The notes under the pieces are model-generated. The model searched no databases, was not told the origin of the DNA, and saw nothing but the letters and a program-made list of their open reading frames with translations. DNA of 63,979 nt, the filler included, from Reticulomyxa filosa (taxonomy: Eukaryota; Protista; Foraminifera): assembly GCA_000512085.1 (NCBI GenBank). It is 23 parts of 23 records of this genome, joined end to end, with 100 filler letters (N's around TTAATTAATTAA, not from the genome) between each part and the next. Parts side by side here need not be neighbours in the genome. Positions count along the whole stretch, not along the records: positions 11,902 to 13,773 come from ASPP01029343.1; positions 13,874 to 15,984 come from ASPP01009510.1; positions 16,085 to 18,188 come from ASPP01049959.1; positions 18,289 to 19,696 come from ASPP01023310.1; positions 19,797 to 24,085 come from ASPP01009823.1; positions 24,186 to 27,056 come from ASPP01045168.1; 17 more parts are not named here. The stretch is one strand, 5' to 3'. Below are positions 12,586-24,743 of the stretch, piece by piece; position 1 is the first letter of the stretch; every line of letters begins with the position of its first letter. A program made the position numbers and the translations under genes.

Positions 12586-13716
12586 ATGTTTGTGTCCCAC
12601 GCATTGAAGCATACCTCACAATGCCCAAATTTTTCCAGAATATTAATGGGACGTGGTGTTCGTGCGTTGGGAACGAACTCGCCAGTCGACGTAAAGACGG
12701 CAAACGAATTGAAAGAGACAGTGGTCTCAGAGGGAGCAGGAGGGCAAGAGTTACTGAGCAGTATGATGGACGCGAAGATAGTGTCGAACACGTCATCGTG
12801 GTGGAGTGGTTTGGAGCAGCAACAAGTGTGGTCTGAGAGCATGTCAAGCGCAGACGCATGGTGTAGTGGGTTTTTGCCAATAGAAAAGGTGCAGCATGTA
12901 GTAGAGTTTTTGCATAATCACGGCATGTCATATTGGGGTGCAGCTCTATGTCTTCCGTTTTTCGCGAAAGCATTAATAACAATGCCATTGATAACGCATT
13001 GCGCGAGAAGCCAAGCACCATACTTGTCGATGTTACCTGCAGCGATCAAAGAGGTGCGTCAGTGTCAAAGCAACAACCGAGGAAATACAGAAAAGTTGTT
13101 GCAAGAAATGAGTGCAATAAAAAAGAAATATGGGTTCAATCCTCCACGCGAAATGTCGAAACAATTTTGGGGTATGTTTGTACAATTTCCGATCCATCTC
13201 ACTTGTTTGTATGCCATTTGCACCATGCACAATACTTACCCGGAATGGAAACGAGGAGGGGCATATTGGTTCTCGGACTTAAGTTTGAGTGACCCTACGT
13301 GGGTACTGCCTGCCACGGCCACTGGGTGTATGCTGCTTTGTGTGTTTCTCAATATACGCTTGCAAACTCGCTTGAGTACAAAATATGACGTTGCTCTATC
13401 TTCTCCTTTTAAAATTTCTCTTCAAACTATGAACCGAATCAGTTATGTCTTTGCTTTGTCCTTGCTCCCTGTCGCTCATGCCATGCCTGCTGGATTCAAT
13501 TTGTACATGATTGCAAATATACTTTCCTTCTCTCTTCAAACGCATATCCTTCGAAGTGACCTCTTCAGGAACTTGACCAACATGCCTTCAAACAAATATG
13601 AATTCAAATTCCGAGAGCAAATGCAACTCATGGAAAAAGAAACAAGATCTCTTGTTACTAACAAAACTATCACACAAGAAAAAAAGTCTGCTGGCAAACG
13701 TGAAAAACTGTTGTAA
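12586..13716 (+). CDS. Oxa1/Cox18/YidC-family mitochondrial inner-membrane insertase
   Basis: Intact single-exon 376 aa ORF: basic N-terminal presequence, FLHNHGMSYWGA, VQFPI, GGAYWFSDLSLSDPTWVLP, PAGFNLYMIAN. Confidence 0.9.
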   Translation: MFVSHALKHTSQCPNFSRILMGRGVRALGTNSPVDVKTANELKETVVSEGAGGQELLSSMMDAKIVSNTSSWWSGLEQQQVWSESMSSADAWCSGFLPIEKVQHVVEFLHNHGMSYWGAALCLPFFAKALITMPLITHCARSQAPYLSMLPAAIKEVRQCQSNNRGNTEKLLQEMSAIKKKYGFNPPREMSKQFWGMFVQFPIHLTCLYAICTMHNTYPEWKRGGAYWFSDLSLSDPTWVLPATATGCMLLCVFLNIRLQTRLSTKYDVALSSPFKISLQTMNRISYVFALSLLPVAHAMPAGFNLYMIANILSFSLQTHILRSDLFRNLTNMPSNKYEFKFREQMQLMEKETRSLVTNKTITQEKKSAGKREKLL

Positions 13717-14296
13717 CATAATTCACATTTTTTTACTTTTATTATTATTATCACTGTTTTTTTTTTTTTTTTTNNNNNNNNNNNNNNNNNNNNNNNNNNN
13801 NNNNNNNNNNNNNNNNNTTAATTAATTAANNNNNNNNNNNNNNNNNNNNNNNNNNNNNNNNNNNNNNNNNNNNATTTAGTAAGTTAGGAAAATGTAGTTG
13901 AAAATAAATAAGCTTTAAATTAAGAAACAAAAATGTTATGAGTTACTTTTGCATCATTATGAAGTTTAAAGAAAGCGTATCAGTATTTTTTGTAATTAAT
14001 ATATCCTTTTGCATAATTTCATTGTTAGTCTTTTTAATATTTAAAGAATATCAAGTTTAAAAAAGCAAAAATTTATTTCATATTTAGTTTATGTTCTACA
14101 TGTTTATTATAACAAACCTACTTCTTACTTTTTTAAATTTCTTTTGTTATCTTGTTTTATTATTTAAATTACTTTCGTTTTACGAAACTCCAATTCTCTT
14201 CTAAGTAAACACACCTAATATTACAGTTAGTGCACCAATACTATCAGCAGATGTCCCACAATACATTGTAAATACATAATTGCACGATAAAAAAAC

Positions 14297-14411
14297 AATA
14301 AAAAAAAAGAATGAAAGGAAAAAGAAAAACTATTAGTCAGGCGGCACTCCGTGCAGACTGACCCAAAGTTTAACTTTTTTTCTTTTTCCTTTTATTCTTC
14401 TTTTTTTTATT
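14297..14411. repeat. Imperfect inverted repeat with GC-rich central hairpin
   Basis: Purine arm AATAAAAAAAAAGAATGAAAGGAAAAAGAAAAA and its near reverse complement flank GTCAG-GCG-GCAC-TCC-GTGC-AGA-CTGAC. Confidence 0.7.
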
Positions 14412-15215
14412 ATTCGCTGAGTTCTACAAAAAGCTTGTTGGTGCATTTTTGAAATATCAACTGTATGCAATAAAACTTAAATTTACATATACGAATACTT
14501 AGCAAAATAAGCATTTCGTCATCTGTCGATAGTTGTAAAGAACGATTTTTTCAAAAGCAGGCGATTATGTAGTCTATCAAAATACTTATTATTGTTGATA
14601 TACATTTTAAAGATTTACTTATTTAATCATCAATAGTTTAGAAATTATTTCTTTGTGATAGACGCAACTGTGGCATCTAGCTCTTTTTTAGTGTTATATT
14701 TGTGAAGTATTGCATCAAATTTACTCAAAATTATTTGCAAAAGAATGTTTGTTGAATGAATCTTATTTGCGAAAAAGTATGTTATATTATTTATGTCCTG
14801 TAAAGATCCTTGTATATTTCTGATATCAAATGTTAATAGTAAGCGAAATGCGAAACATTGAGTATACAACTGATTCGACTCAAATACTGAAACAAAAGTT
14901 ATTTACTAGGCGCAATAATTTTACTTAGCAACTTATGCAATAACTATCTTTCATTTTATTTTTTGAATTAGCTTAACTTTCCACATAAAAAAAAGTATTT
15001 TAAAAGCTCTGTTGCGAAGTTTTAGCATTTGGCTAAAGAAAAGCATTATATATACAAAAAATAAGCCGCTAAGTTTTCTCGACGGTGTTTCGCGTAAACC
15101 TTAAAGACAGGCTGTCTATTTAACAAAAAAGTTTGACCTGCAAATGATATTATGAGATTAATTCCGTCAATTTAATTTTCAACTTGGTTTGATAAATTGC
15201 GTCAATATAAAAAGA

Positions 15216-15984
15216 ATGAAGACAGGAAGCATATCCAAAGATTATGGTGCTCCTGACGTTGATACAGAATTTGAACCTGGCGACCTCGTTTGGGTCAACT
15301 TGAGCACTTCTAACTTGAACTTGCCCCTATGGCCGGCAAAAGTGTGAAAATTATCCTGTGTTTCTTCCTTAGAAAGGCAATATATAGTACTGTGATGCGT
15401 CATAGACAGAAGAAACAAACAAACAAAAAAAGATACCCAAAGGTATTATTAGTTACACGAGCCGAGTTCCAGTGAGATTAGCAACAGAACCTCCGTCCGG
15501 TCTACAGCAACCGAACAATAGGTTAGGTAAGCGTAATACAACACACAAATGCGACAAATGAAGGAATATGGAGGAGAGAGAGAAAAAGAAAAAAAAAGCG
15601 AAACTCAGTTGTGTGACGTTTTGTAAATCGGAGTGAAGGGTTCGAAACAACCAAAAGACAGTACCGGCAGGGTGTATATCGCCACGAAAGGAAAAGACGT
15701 TCTGTGGCCCGATAAAGCACGTGGAAAAAGCGCAACTGTACCGAGGGGAGAGATTTGATTGCAACACAGTGACGGACACGTGGCTCAATTCGAATGGTTG
15801 GAATACCGAAGTTCCAACCATGATTCGTGACCACATAATACCCATTTGGGAGGCAACAATGGATCAAGTTGAAGATGAGTTCTTGCGCTTTGCCAATGTA
15901 AAAAAAGTTAAGAGATGAAACATATGATTGGTTGAAGAAATACATGATCTCGAATTTTGATTGGGTGAGATTTTTTTTTTTTTT
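15216..15984 (+). CDS. PWWP-domain protein, 5' part (multi-exon)
   Basis: Exon 1 (absent from the ORF track): MKTGS..EFEPGDLVWVNLSTSNLNLPLWPAK then GT donor. Later exons splice in frame to the 15721-15918 ORF. Confidence 0.7.
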
Positions 15985-18288
15985 NNNNNNNNNNNNNNNN
16001 NNNNNNNNNNNNNNNNNNNNNNNNNNNNTTAATTAATTAANNNNNNNNNNNNNNNNNNNNNNNNNNNNNNNNNNNNNNNNNNNNTTGAAGAGTCTGGATA
16101 ATACATTCAGTTATCCAAAAACTCGAACGATTTCAGCTCAGTTCTACAAATCTGTATATCACAAAACAATGTACCTCAATGACAGCTTTATGTTTTATTT
16201 TCAATTTGTTTTTTTTAAGAAATAACTGCAAAATCAATTGGAGTAATATCCGGAACAATCACAATATCTATTTCAATATTTTACAACGAGTCCACAAATG
16301 TCCGTTTTTTTTTTCTTTTTTTTATACGTCTTTTTAATTTTTTTCATTTATTATCTTCTTTATTATTATTTTTTCTTTTATACCATAATAATTTTTTTTT
16401 CTAATTTATTTATATTTTTTTTCCCCTTTTACAATTATCTTTTTTCCCCATTTTTCAATTATCCTTTTTTTTTCCAACTATTTTTTAATTATATTTTTCC
16501 CCCTTTTATATTATCTTTTTTTATCAATTATTCAATTTTTTTTTCCAACTACCACCCCTTCTAAAACTTATTTTTTTAAAAAAATCATTTGGATCCTGGT
16601 ACACCTATTACATAAACAAACAAAATCATTTTTTATATTTTTAGAGAACACAAGAAAAATATAGTTACCTGTAAAAGTAGAATTCAAATTCAATTTCATT
16701 TTTTTTTCCCCTGTGTTGCAAACACTCAACATGTTTTTGTTCTGTGTGTGGATGAGGGACAAAAGAATATAAAACACATTTTTTTCTTTGTGAAGGGGAA
16801 TTCCTATATATGATATGCACACAGCAACATTATTTTAACAAAAGAAAGATAAACATATATAAAATATAACAAACCATTCTTTTTCATTTTGTACGCCGGA
16901 CGGCCTTCGACCCAATGTTTTTTGTGTGTGGAGGGGTTAAAACAGGTAACTAGTTTCGGGCGGGGGAATCCTGTACACAAACACATAACACATAAACATA
17001 TTTTTATATATAAAAAAAGATAGAACAAACCTTTTAAACTCCTTTCGGAGACGGGGTTGGCTTCTCCCCTTTTTCTTCTTGTTGTCACTGGATCGTCATT
17101 TGAGCGCATTGTCTATATTTTTTTTTGAATTATGTATATAACATATACATCATCAAAGTTATACGTTGTTTTTGTATATAACTCTACATAAAAAAAAATG
17201 TGTCAATATAATACTTATGTCATGCAAATTGTTGACATATACTAATTGATCGTATCATAGTTTAGTGTGCTTAACTGTTGTTTGTTGCTGCTGGCGCTAT
17301 AGTCGTTGTGGATTGTCTCTTCATCATTTTCTCCATTTGAGGGCCATTTTTGGCGTCTATGGGATTCAATATATTGAGCTCCCTAGAACCAAGTGGAGTC
17401 TAATACCAGCAAGCAACCACCATGCGTTACATATCGTGAGTTCTTCCACATGGACGAACAATTGACTGGCGCATTCGTGTGCATGGATATTATATCGCAT
17501 TCACACTTGGCTCATTATAAGCCAGCATGCTGCCATGTCTCTTGAAATCGTCCAAGAGTAACATCACAATATTAACAGCACCAACAGTCCAATCACTAGT
17601 GCTGCATTGTCTTGACAAAGTCCACAACGGTGACATAACAGACAAGTGTCCAAGCACAACGTTGCGCACATGCATTGTACATGCCTGTTTATATTTTATA
17701 TGTGGTATGTGTAATTAATTAAATATGTCATTATTATTACAAAATTTTTGTTCATACTTTTATCAGCATTTTTTGGTTATTTTTTAATTGAAAGAAAAAC
17801 ATACGACATTAACTGAAAGGTGCACTACGTAATATCAAATGTTTCACATTTATCATTTTTGCAAATCCTGTTGTAGCCACAAATTTGACTTTCCATATTT
17901 ATGGTCACGATTTTTATGATAATAATTGACATTGGAGTTGGTGCGATTGTTGGTGTAATAGTTGGCAAGATATTTGGTATGATAGTTTGTATGACCATAT
18001 GTGAAATTGTTAATATAGTTGTTGATAGTGATTGGATGTTGAGAAGTGGCCTTGTTGTGAATTGCAAAATGGTAACGGCCAACTTTGAAACGAATGACAT
18101 GCACATCATTCGTGAGTAAATATTGAAAAGCGTTATCAACATCAAACGCCAGCACCAGAGAACTCCAACCTCACCAAGAAAAGAAAAANNNNNNNNNNNN
18201 NNNNNNNNNNNNNNNNNNNNNNNNNNNNNNNNTTAATTAATTAANNNNNNNNNNNNNNNNNNNNNNNNNNNNNNNNNNNNNNNNNNNN

Positions 18289-19696
18289 GTATATGTATAT
18301 GTATATGTAATAAATGCAATGATATTTATTTTTTTGGGAAGGGGGGGGAAAAAAAAGAGCACCTAACTAATGCCCTTTGCTCCAAAAGGTCAATCGAAGT
18401 TTTCAATTTTGCAATCTCTTTTTCATATTGCTTGTTCAGTTGTCGCAGGGATGTCACTTTCCTTTTTTTTTTTTTTATTTTTTTTGTAAAAAGGACCATC
18501 AATACGTATATACATTACATATAAATATATATATATATATGTACATTTATATGTACGTATGCACAAATACACGTATACGTAATATATGTGCAAACTGTTT
18601 CCTTATCGGAAATGATGTTTTCCATTTTTATTTTTTCCACTTCCCAAGCCAGATACTTGTCATATTGGTTGTTTTTATCATCTGCATTACTATTTATATC
18701 TGCATCTGTATTTATATCTGCATTTGTATTTATATCTGCATTTGTATTTGCATTTGCAGCAGTAGTGTTATTCTCATTGTTAGTACTATTGTCCGTCGTA
18801 ATTGTAGGACTTGCTGTCTTTTTTATTGTTTCTGTTGTTTCTGTTGTCGCTGATGGTGGTGATGATATTGTTGTATTTGTCGCAGAGCTGCTCGACGAAA
18901 AAAACATTGACAGATCTTTTTCAAATTTGTCATCGATTTCCATTTCCAAAAATGATTTCGCTTCTTGGATCATTCCGTCTATCTCACAGAATTGTCTTTG
19001 TTCTTCCTGTTTTTCCCCTTTTTTTTTTTTAAAAAAAAAAAATATATATATGTGTATATATATATTTCCAAGGACACAAAATATTTGGCGCGATGGTTAT
19101 CCACTTTGCGCATTTTCGCACATAGGGCCATATTTGCACAATTATGAAAAAAGAGGGGAGGACTTACCGTGAGGAAAGTATGTAGAAAAAATGGGCGGAA
19201 ATGTGATGGGATCGGTGTTGGCAGGATATGAAGCCAGCCAAGTAATTGGAAGTGAGAAAGAGGAGGAAAAGTCCGACGTAAGTGGCAAGTTATCGACAAA
19301 GGAAGAAGAAGGAGACGACAATGCAATGGCAGCGGGAGCAACGATTTTCCTTTTTTTCTTCTTTCGCAAGATCGAATCGGAACAAGACGTATTCTCGTGT
19401 TCTCTTGCGTTGCTTGGTGACGTCGGAGGGGAGCAAGGAACCGCCGTGCGTTTCAATATCGACTTCTTGCGCTTCGTCATATTTGATGGCGAGGACAAAC
19501 GCTCCGTCTCGACGTCAATCGTTTCTGCTTGCTCAGCAAAATGCACCTTTTTTTTTCTTTCGCCGCCCATGTTGTCCCCGCCTCCTTCTTTTTTTTTGCT
19601 TTTTCTTTTTTCTGTTTTGTTTCAAGGTGCAAAATGGATTGAAATTGGAACAGATACCAAAAAAAAAAAAAAAAGAACGACGAGGAAAAGTAGTGG
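18289..19696 (-). CDS. Low-complexity hypothetical protein, internal part, with RVxF and SILK motifs
   Basis: Exons 19142-19570 and 18515-18973 contain RKKKVHF, KSILK, DSILR and TNADIN repeats. Confidence 0.55.
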
Positions 19697-19796
19697 NNNN
19701 NNNNNNNNNNNNNNNNNNNNNNNNNNNNNNNNNNNNNNNNTTAATTAATTAANNNNNNNNNNNNNNNNNNNNNNNNNNNNNNNNNNNNNNNNNNNN

Positions 19797-19840
<44 letters not shown>

Positions 19841-20242
19841 GAAAATATTTGGCGAGCAAATCAGACAGCCAATTACGAGACGATGGAACGAAAAACAATG
19901 GATATTGCAAACCTTTTATGGAGTATTATAAAGGCAAAGTATTGCAGCCTTGTGGATTGATTGCTCGTTCGTTTTTCACAGATCGATTCAACATCGCAAT
20001 CAATGGCAAATCGATGTGTAATGAGACAATGAGGTGTGTCAACTACGGAAAAAACAACACGAAAATGTGGGGAAAAAACTGGGACAAATGGAGTGACGAG
20101 CCCAACTGGGCTATCAACGGGATCGCATGGACATCCGATAAAGAAACTAAATTTCAAAATGCTTCCTTCAACCAAAGTATATCCACACGAATTGGCTGGT
20201 GGCAAGTTTCGTTGTCTATTTTTTTGTTCTTTCTTCAAATTT

Positions 20243-20279
<37 letters not shown>

Positions 20280-20736
20280 AAAATTAGGACTACGTTTGCC
20301 AGATACCTCAAACGAAGATCTCATTGTTTGGATGAGAGCGGCCGGACTGAATTCATTTCGAAAACTCCATCGAATCATTCGCGAAAAAGACCTTGAAGAG
20401 GGAGACCAAATCAACGTGACTGTGGTATCTTGGTTCCCCGTGGAGCATTTCAAAGGCAAGAAATGGGTCGGCCTTGGAACGACCACTTGGGTGGGAATGG
20501 AAAACTACGTTTTGGCGTGGGGACTAATTATCAATTCGATTGCTTGCATTGCTTTGGCTTTGATATTCGGCATCGTTCTTTTGTTTGGCACAAGGTTGGA
20601 GTTTCTCTGCCCCTTTCTCAAACAATTATCACTCTTCACGTTTGATTTGTTGAATAGAAAACTAGCGGATGTGAACCAATTTCAATGGAGCAACAGACCA
20701 GTGTCCACTGCTATTGTTTCCATTGTTGACAATTAA
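19797..20736 (+). CDS. CDC50: CDC50/LEM3 (ALIS) P4-ATPase flippase beta subunit, 3' part
   Basis: PCGLIARSFFTDRF, GIAWTSDK..KF, NEDLIVWMRAAGLNSFRKL, FPV..FKGKK, C-terminal TM helix. In-frame introns at 20206-20277 and ~20595-20657. Confidence 0.94.
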
Positions 20737-21777
20737 TTTTTAATAAATAAATATCTTTCACAAATAACGCAAATAAAACTACGCGGTTTGTGGTCCAAAA
20801 ATAGTGGCTACATAGTTCTGTTCGAAATTATTCACTCTATTTTTTTTATTGGCGTAAAAACAAAAAAATGATGGGGATACATGTAACAGGCTTATGTCGA
20901 CAACAAAGCAATTCGTCTTGTTTTAATACCCCTTTTGTGGGCTTTTTTCGTCCTCAAGATAGAGACACCACATTTCTTTTTCATTATCCAATCGAACAGA
21001 GGCCACCAACTTTGCTTTTGATTTTGATTTTTGTCTCAAACTTGATATTTGATACTTGCTTATTTGGCTTAGGATTTTTCTGGAGTTTCTCTTAAGTTAT
21101 GTCTTTGGACAATTCCAAAAAAAAAAGAAGTTATGTGGAATATCTTTCATCATTGTTAAAGTCAAAGTTGGAGTGTCTTTATATTGAAAATTTTTTATCA
21201 CGTATTTACACTATTGACCTTCTCTATGTTGCACGTTTGTCAAAAAATTGCGCTGATTAAAAAACCAAAAATCGTGCGTTCAATGAGGGTTTTTCTCTTT
21301 TCACGTCATAATGAACAAGGACGATTAACTTTCACTAATGATTTTACTTTTTCACAACAAAATTCAAGCATTTTTGACAAATGTTTTTTGTTTTAAAGTA
21401 TTTCTTTTTCTACCTCAGGCGTTCAAACAACGACGCTTGTTTGTACCTAAAAGAGAAACATATTTGTTTCATCACAAATCACATTATGTCTTTTATGATA
21501 TGTAGGAGCTGACTCCGTCTTTTTTTTTATCTCATGCCGGCTTATAAATTCACTTAAAGTAAGGAAAAATGATGATATAAAAAAAAAACGATCCAAGTAA
21601 TAAATGAAAGAACAATTAAGTGATGGCCTGTGTATCATCATGCTTTCTTGGTCGTGGACATTGGGCTTAAAATTGGACTAAAAGAACGTGTCGGAATATA
21701 CCGCATCCATAAAATGCGCATCTTTTTTTTAAGTGGTTTTTTTTTTAGCGTTTTTTGGTAAATAAATTTGCAAAGCC

Positions 21778-24051
21778 ATGCAACCATCTCCACCCAAAAA
21801 GCAGCAGAAGAAGCGTTTTGCGTCTCCTGCTCGCAAGGGACTTTGTAACAGGACAGACGTATCTTCGTTACCGGTCCCTGTTGAGCAAAACGGTGTTGAG
21901 AGTTGCCAGTCTTTGCGTATGGGTATTCAACCAACAGCATTGGTTCCAGCAGGATTGACGTGGGTTGTCGGACATCCTCCTCCTCCTCCTCCCCCCCCTA
22001 TGTACTATTTCCCGACTTGTTGTTTCTACCCAGCCACCGAAGCAGCGCAAATGCAAGGTAACTGTGTGTATGAGCATAACGCACGATTGGCAGACAGTTC
22101 CCGACACAAGAAACGTCCACGAGCACATGGGCCCTGTGTACGTGGCGAAGTGAAAAACGAAGAGAAAAGACATGCAGTGGAAATGCGCGACAGAGAGGAA
22201 AAAGAGGAAGAAGACACCCAAATCGAAGAAGATGAAGACAATGACATGTTCAGTCAGACAGACCGAAGTGACGCAGATATGCGAAACGAAATCGAAATAT
22301 TGCGCAATCACTTAAAAGTGGTATCACGCAAATACAATAAAAAAGTGGTGAAATGTGAGCAAATGAAGTCATGGAATCAAAAATTGAAGCAAGAGACCAA
22401 ACAATGGAAGGACAGTTATCTCAAGCTTCAACAGCAGTACTTGTCGTACCAAGAGTTTGTTTCGGATACTTACACACAAGAGTTTCGTATCTAATTTTTA
22501 AATTTGTTTTTTAAAAAAAAAAAAATTGGAGGATTACTGAAAAAAAAAATCACTTATAAGTGCGTGGTTAAAAAAAAAAAAAATTGTGAAAGATATGAAT
22601 CAAGTAGCAGTGAGAGTAGTACGTCGGTGAATTGCAAAACAGTTGGTTTGGACAAAACAATGATCGGAAAAAAAAAATCCAAGTCGTGTAAAACCCCAAA
22701 AAAGTACTCTCATCAAAAGCAATATCAGCAACAGCATCAACAACAGCAACAAAGTCTGACAAATGAGACCAGTAAAAAGACACAATGTTTGATGCGACGT
22801 GTCAATCTTCGTGGTGTGAGCCGAATTCTTGACAATAATGTAATATCATTAATTTGGAACGCCAAGGACAACGATGTGCATCCCCAGCGCTTTATTGACG
22901 GCCGCAGTTGCCATACTCAGAGTCACAGTCACAGTCACAGTCACAGTCACAGTCACAGTCACAGTCAAAGTCATATGAACGATCGCAATTGCAGTCGCAG
23001 CCCCATCCGCGGACACAACAACAACAGCTCGCAACGGCTGCGCAATCATTCGTGGGGGGATGCGATGTGGCGTGAGTCGAATGACAGTCCGCGATTGGAC
23101 ACAAAGAAAAGTGTCGACAGTCCATTGGAACAAAAAGTGAACTGCGATTCCATTGTCGGCGATGATCACGAGTATGGCATGTCTCGACTGAAGTCGACCT
23201 CGGACCAAAAAGTCGCAGAAAAAGATCAAGATCCAAGTGTGCTTGTCGATGTCGCACGACAGGATAGCTCTTCGCCACTACTGCGATCACGGGATACGTA
23301 CTTATTGCTAAATGACACTTATTGTATTCGTGACGAGAAAAGGGGAGAAAAGGCCAAACGAGGCAATGAGAAAGAGACGGAAACAGAGGAAGAAAAGGAG
23401 ATATCAAAAAAGGGGTACAATAACGACGTGATTGTACCATCTTATGGCACTAAAAAAAATCGCGAAGTATCGTTGGACGTGAACGAAACACCGAGCTTGA
23501 GTCGAAACCAGACACATATAACAAGCACCAAGGCCAATCGTAGCAAAGAGAACGAATACAATAAATCCATCACTTATAATGGAACGGTGATAGAACATGC
23601 TCATTATAGCATGTGTGAGATGAAAAAGAAGCCTGCAACGAAGAATCAAACTATAACGTGGGATGACTCGTCTTCGCAGATGCAATGGCAAAATGCAAAC
23701 AATGACGATCTTTTCGTCTGCAAAAATATATCGAATGGGCTTTCTGACACTCCCGACAAAAAGAATCAATTCGTCATGACGTCTGCAAATATCGCCATGC
23801 TTCGGCAAGAGTTTGAAGATGTGGATAGCGACGAGCATAATGATGGTTATACTCATTTTGACCATAACAAGTCAGGGGATACTGTCACATTGTTTATTGG
23901 TGGTGACAATAACAATGGCAATGACAATGACAATGAGAATAACATTAATTTTGACATTGACGCTGATATTACCCATCACACAAATGAGGCTATTTCACAA
24001 GCCTCCTTTCCAAATTCATGCGATACCGTTCTTCGAAAAAACATCGTTTAA
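21778..24051 (+). CDS. Large disordered hypothetical protein (poly-P, coiled coil, poly-Q, SH repeat)
   Basis: Two long ORFs (238 aa and 515 aa) separated by an intron-like T/A-rich stretch at ~22490-22590. No domain recognised. Confidence 0.6.
22921..22970 (+). repeat. (AGTCAC)n hexamer repeat encoding Ser-His
   Basis: About 8 tandem copies within the ORF. Confidence 0.9.
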
Positions 24052-24743
24052 CTTTTATTTTTTCATTTTTTTTTTTTTTTTTTTTNNNNNNNNNNNNNNN
24101 NNNNNNNNNNNNNNNNNNNNNNNNNNNNNTTAATTAATTAANNNNNNNNNNNNNNNNNNNNNNNNNNNNNNNNNNNNNNNNNNNNGACATCATTTTTCAA
24201 CAAAGAAAATCTTCATAAAATTTTTGTTTGTTTTTTTTTTGAAAGAAATAAATAAGTGATTCATTTGAGACTTTTGTTGTTTTTATTTTGCATTGAGTTA
24301 TTTCTGTTTCTAAATCTAAAATATTTTTGCAACATTCAATGGATTCAATTAATTACTTTGATCACAAAAATACTCTCAATACAATTTATCTGAATCAAGG
24401 GATAAAAGTGGGAAATAAGAATACATTGTATTGACGAAAGAAGATAATGGAATTTGCGTCATTGAAAAAGAAATAAAGCTAAATATTCCACCACGTTGTT
24501 TGCATGAAGTTGTTTCTTAAGAATGTATCCCAAATCCAAATAGTACTATCTTCTGAAAAAGAAAAATTGATTATGCATATTCTCCAAAGTAAATGTTATT
24601 CATTTTATTTTTTTATTCACTTTCACAAGTGTATCAATATATCGGCTACAAATATATCCTTGGTGTTGTTGTTATGTTTTTTGGATCAATTAAAAAATGT
24701 TGAATATATTCATCATTTAATACACGAACTCGGCATGTTACTA

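Noticed and set aside
16298-16564. Phe/Ile/Tyr-rich 88-aa ORF and similar ORFs (7643-7930, 18377-18853, 53213-53482)
   Set aside because: Products of T-rich or microsatellite sequence, or antisense to real exons.
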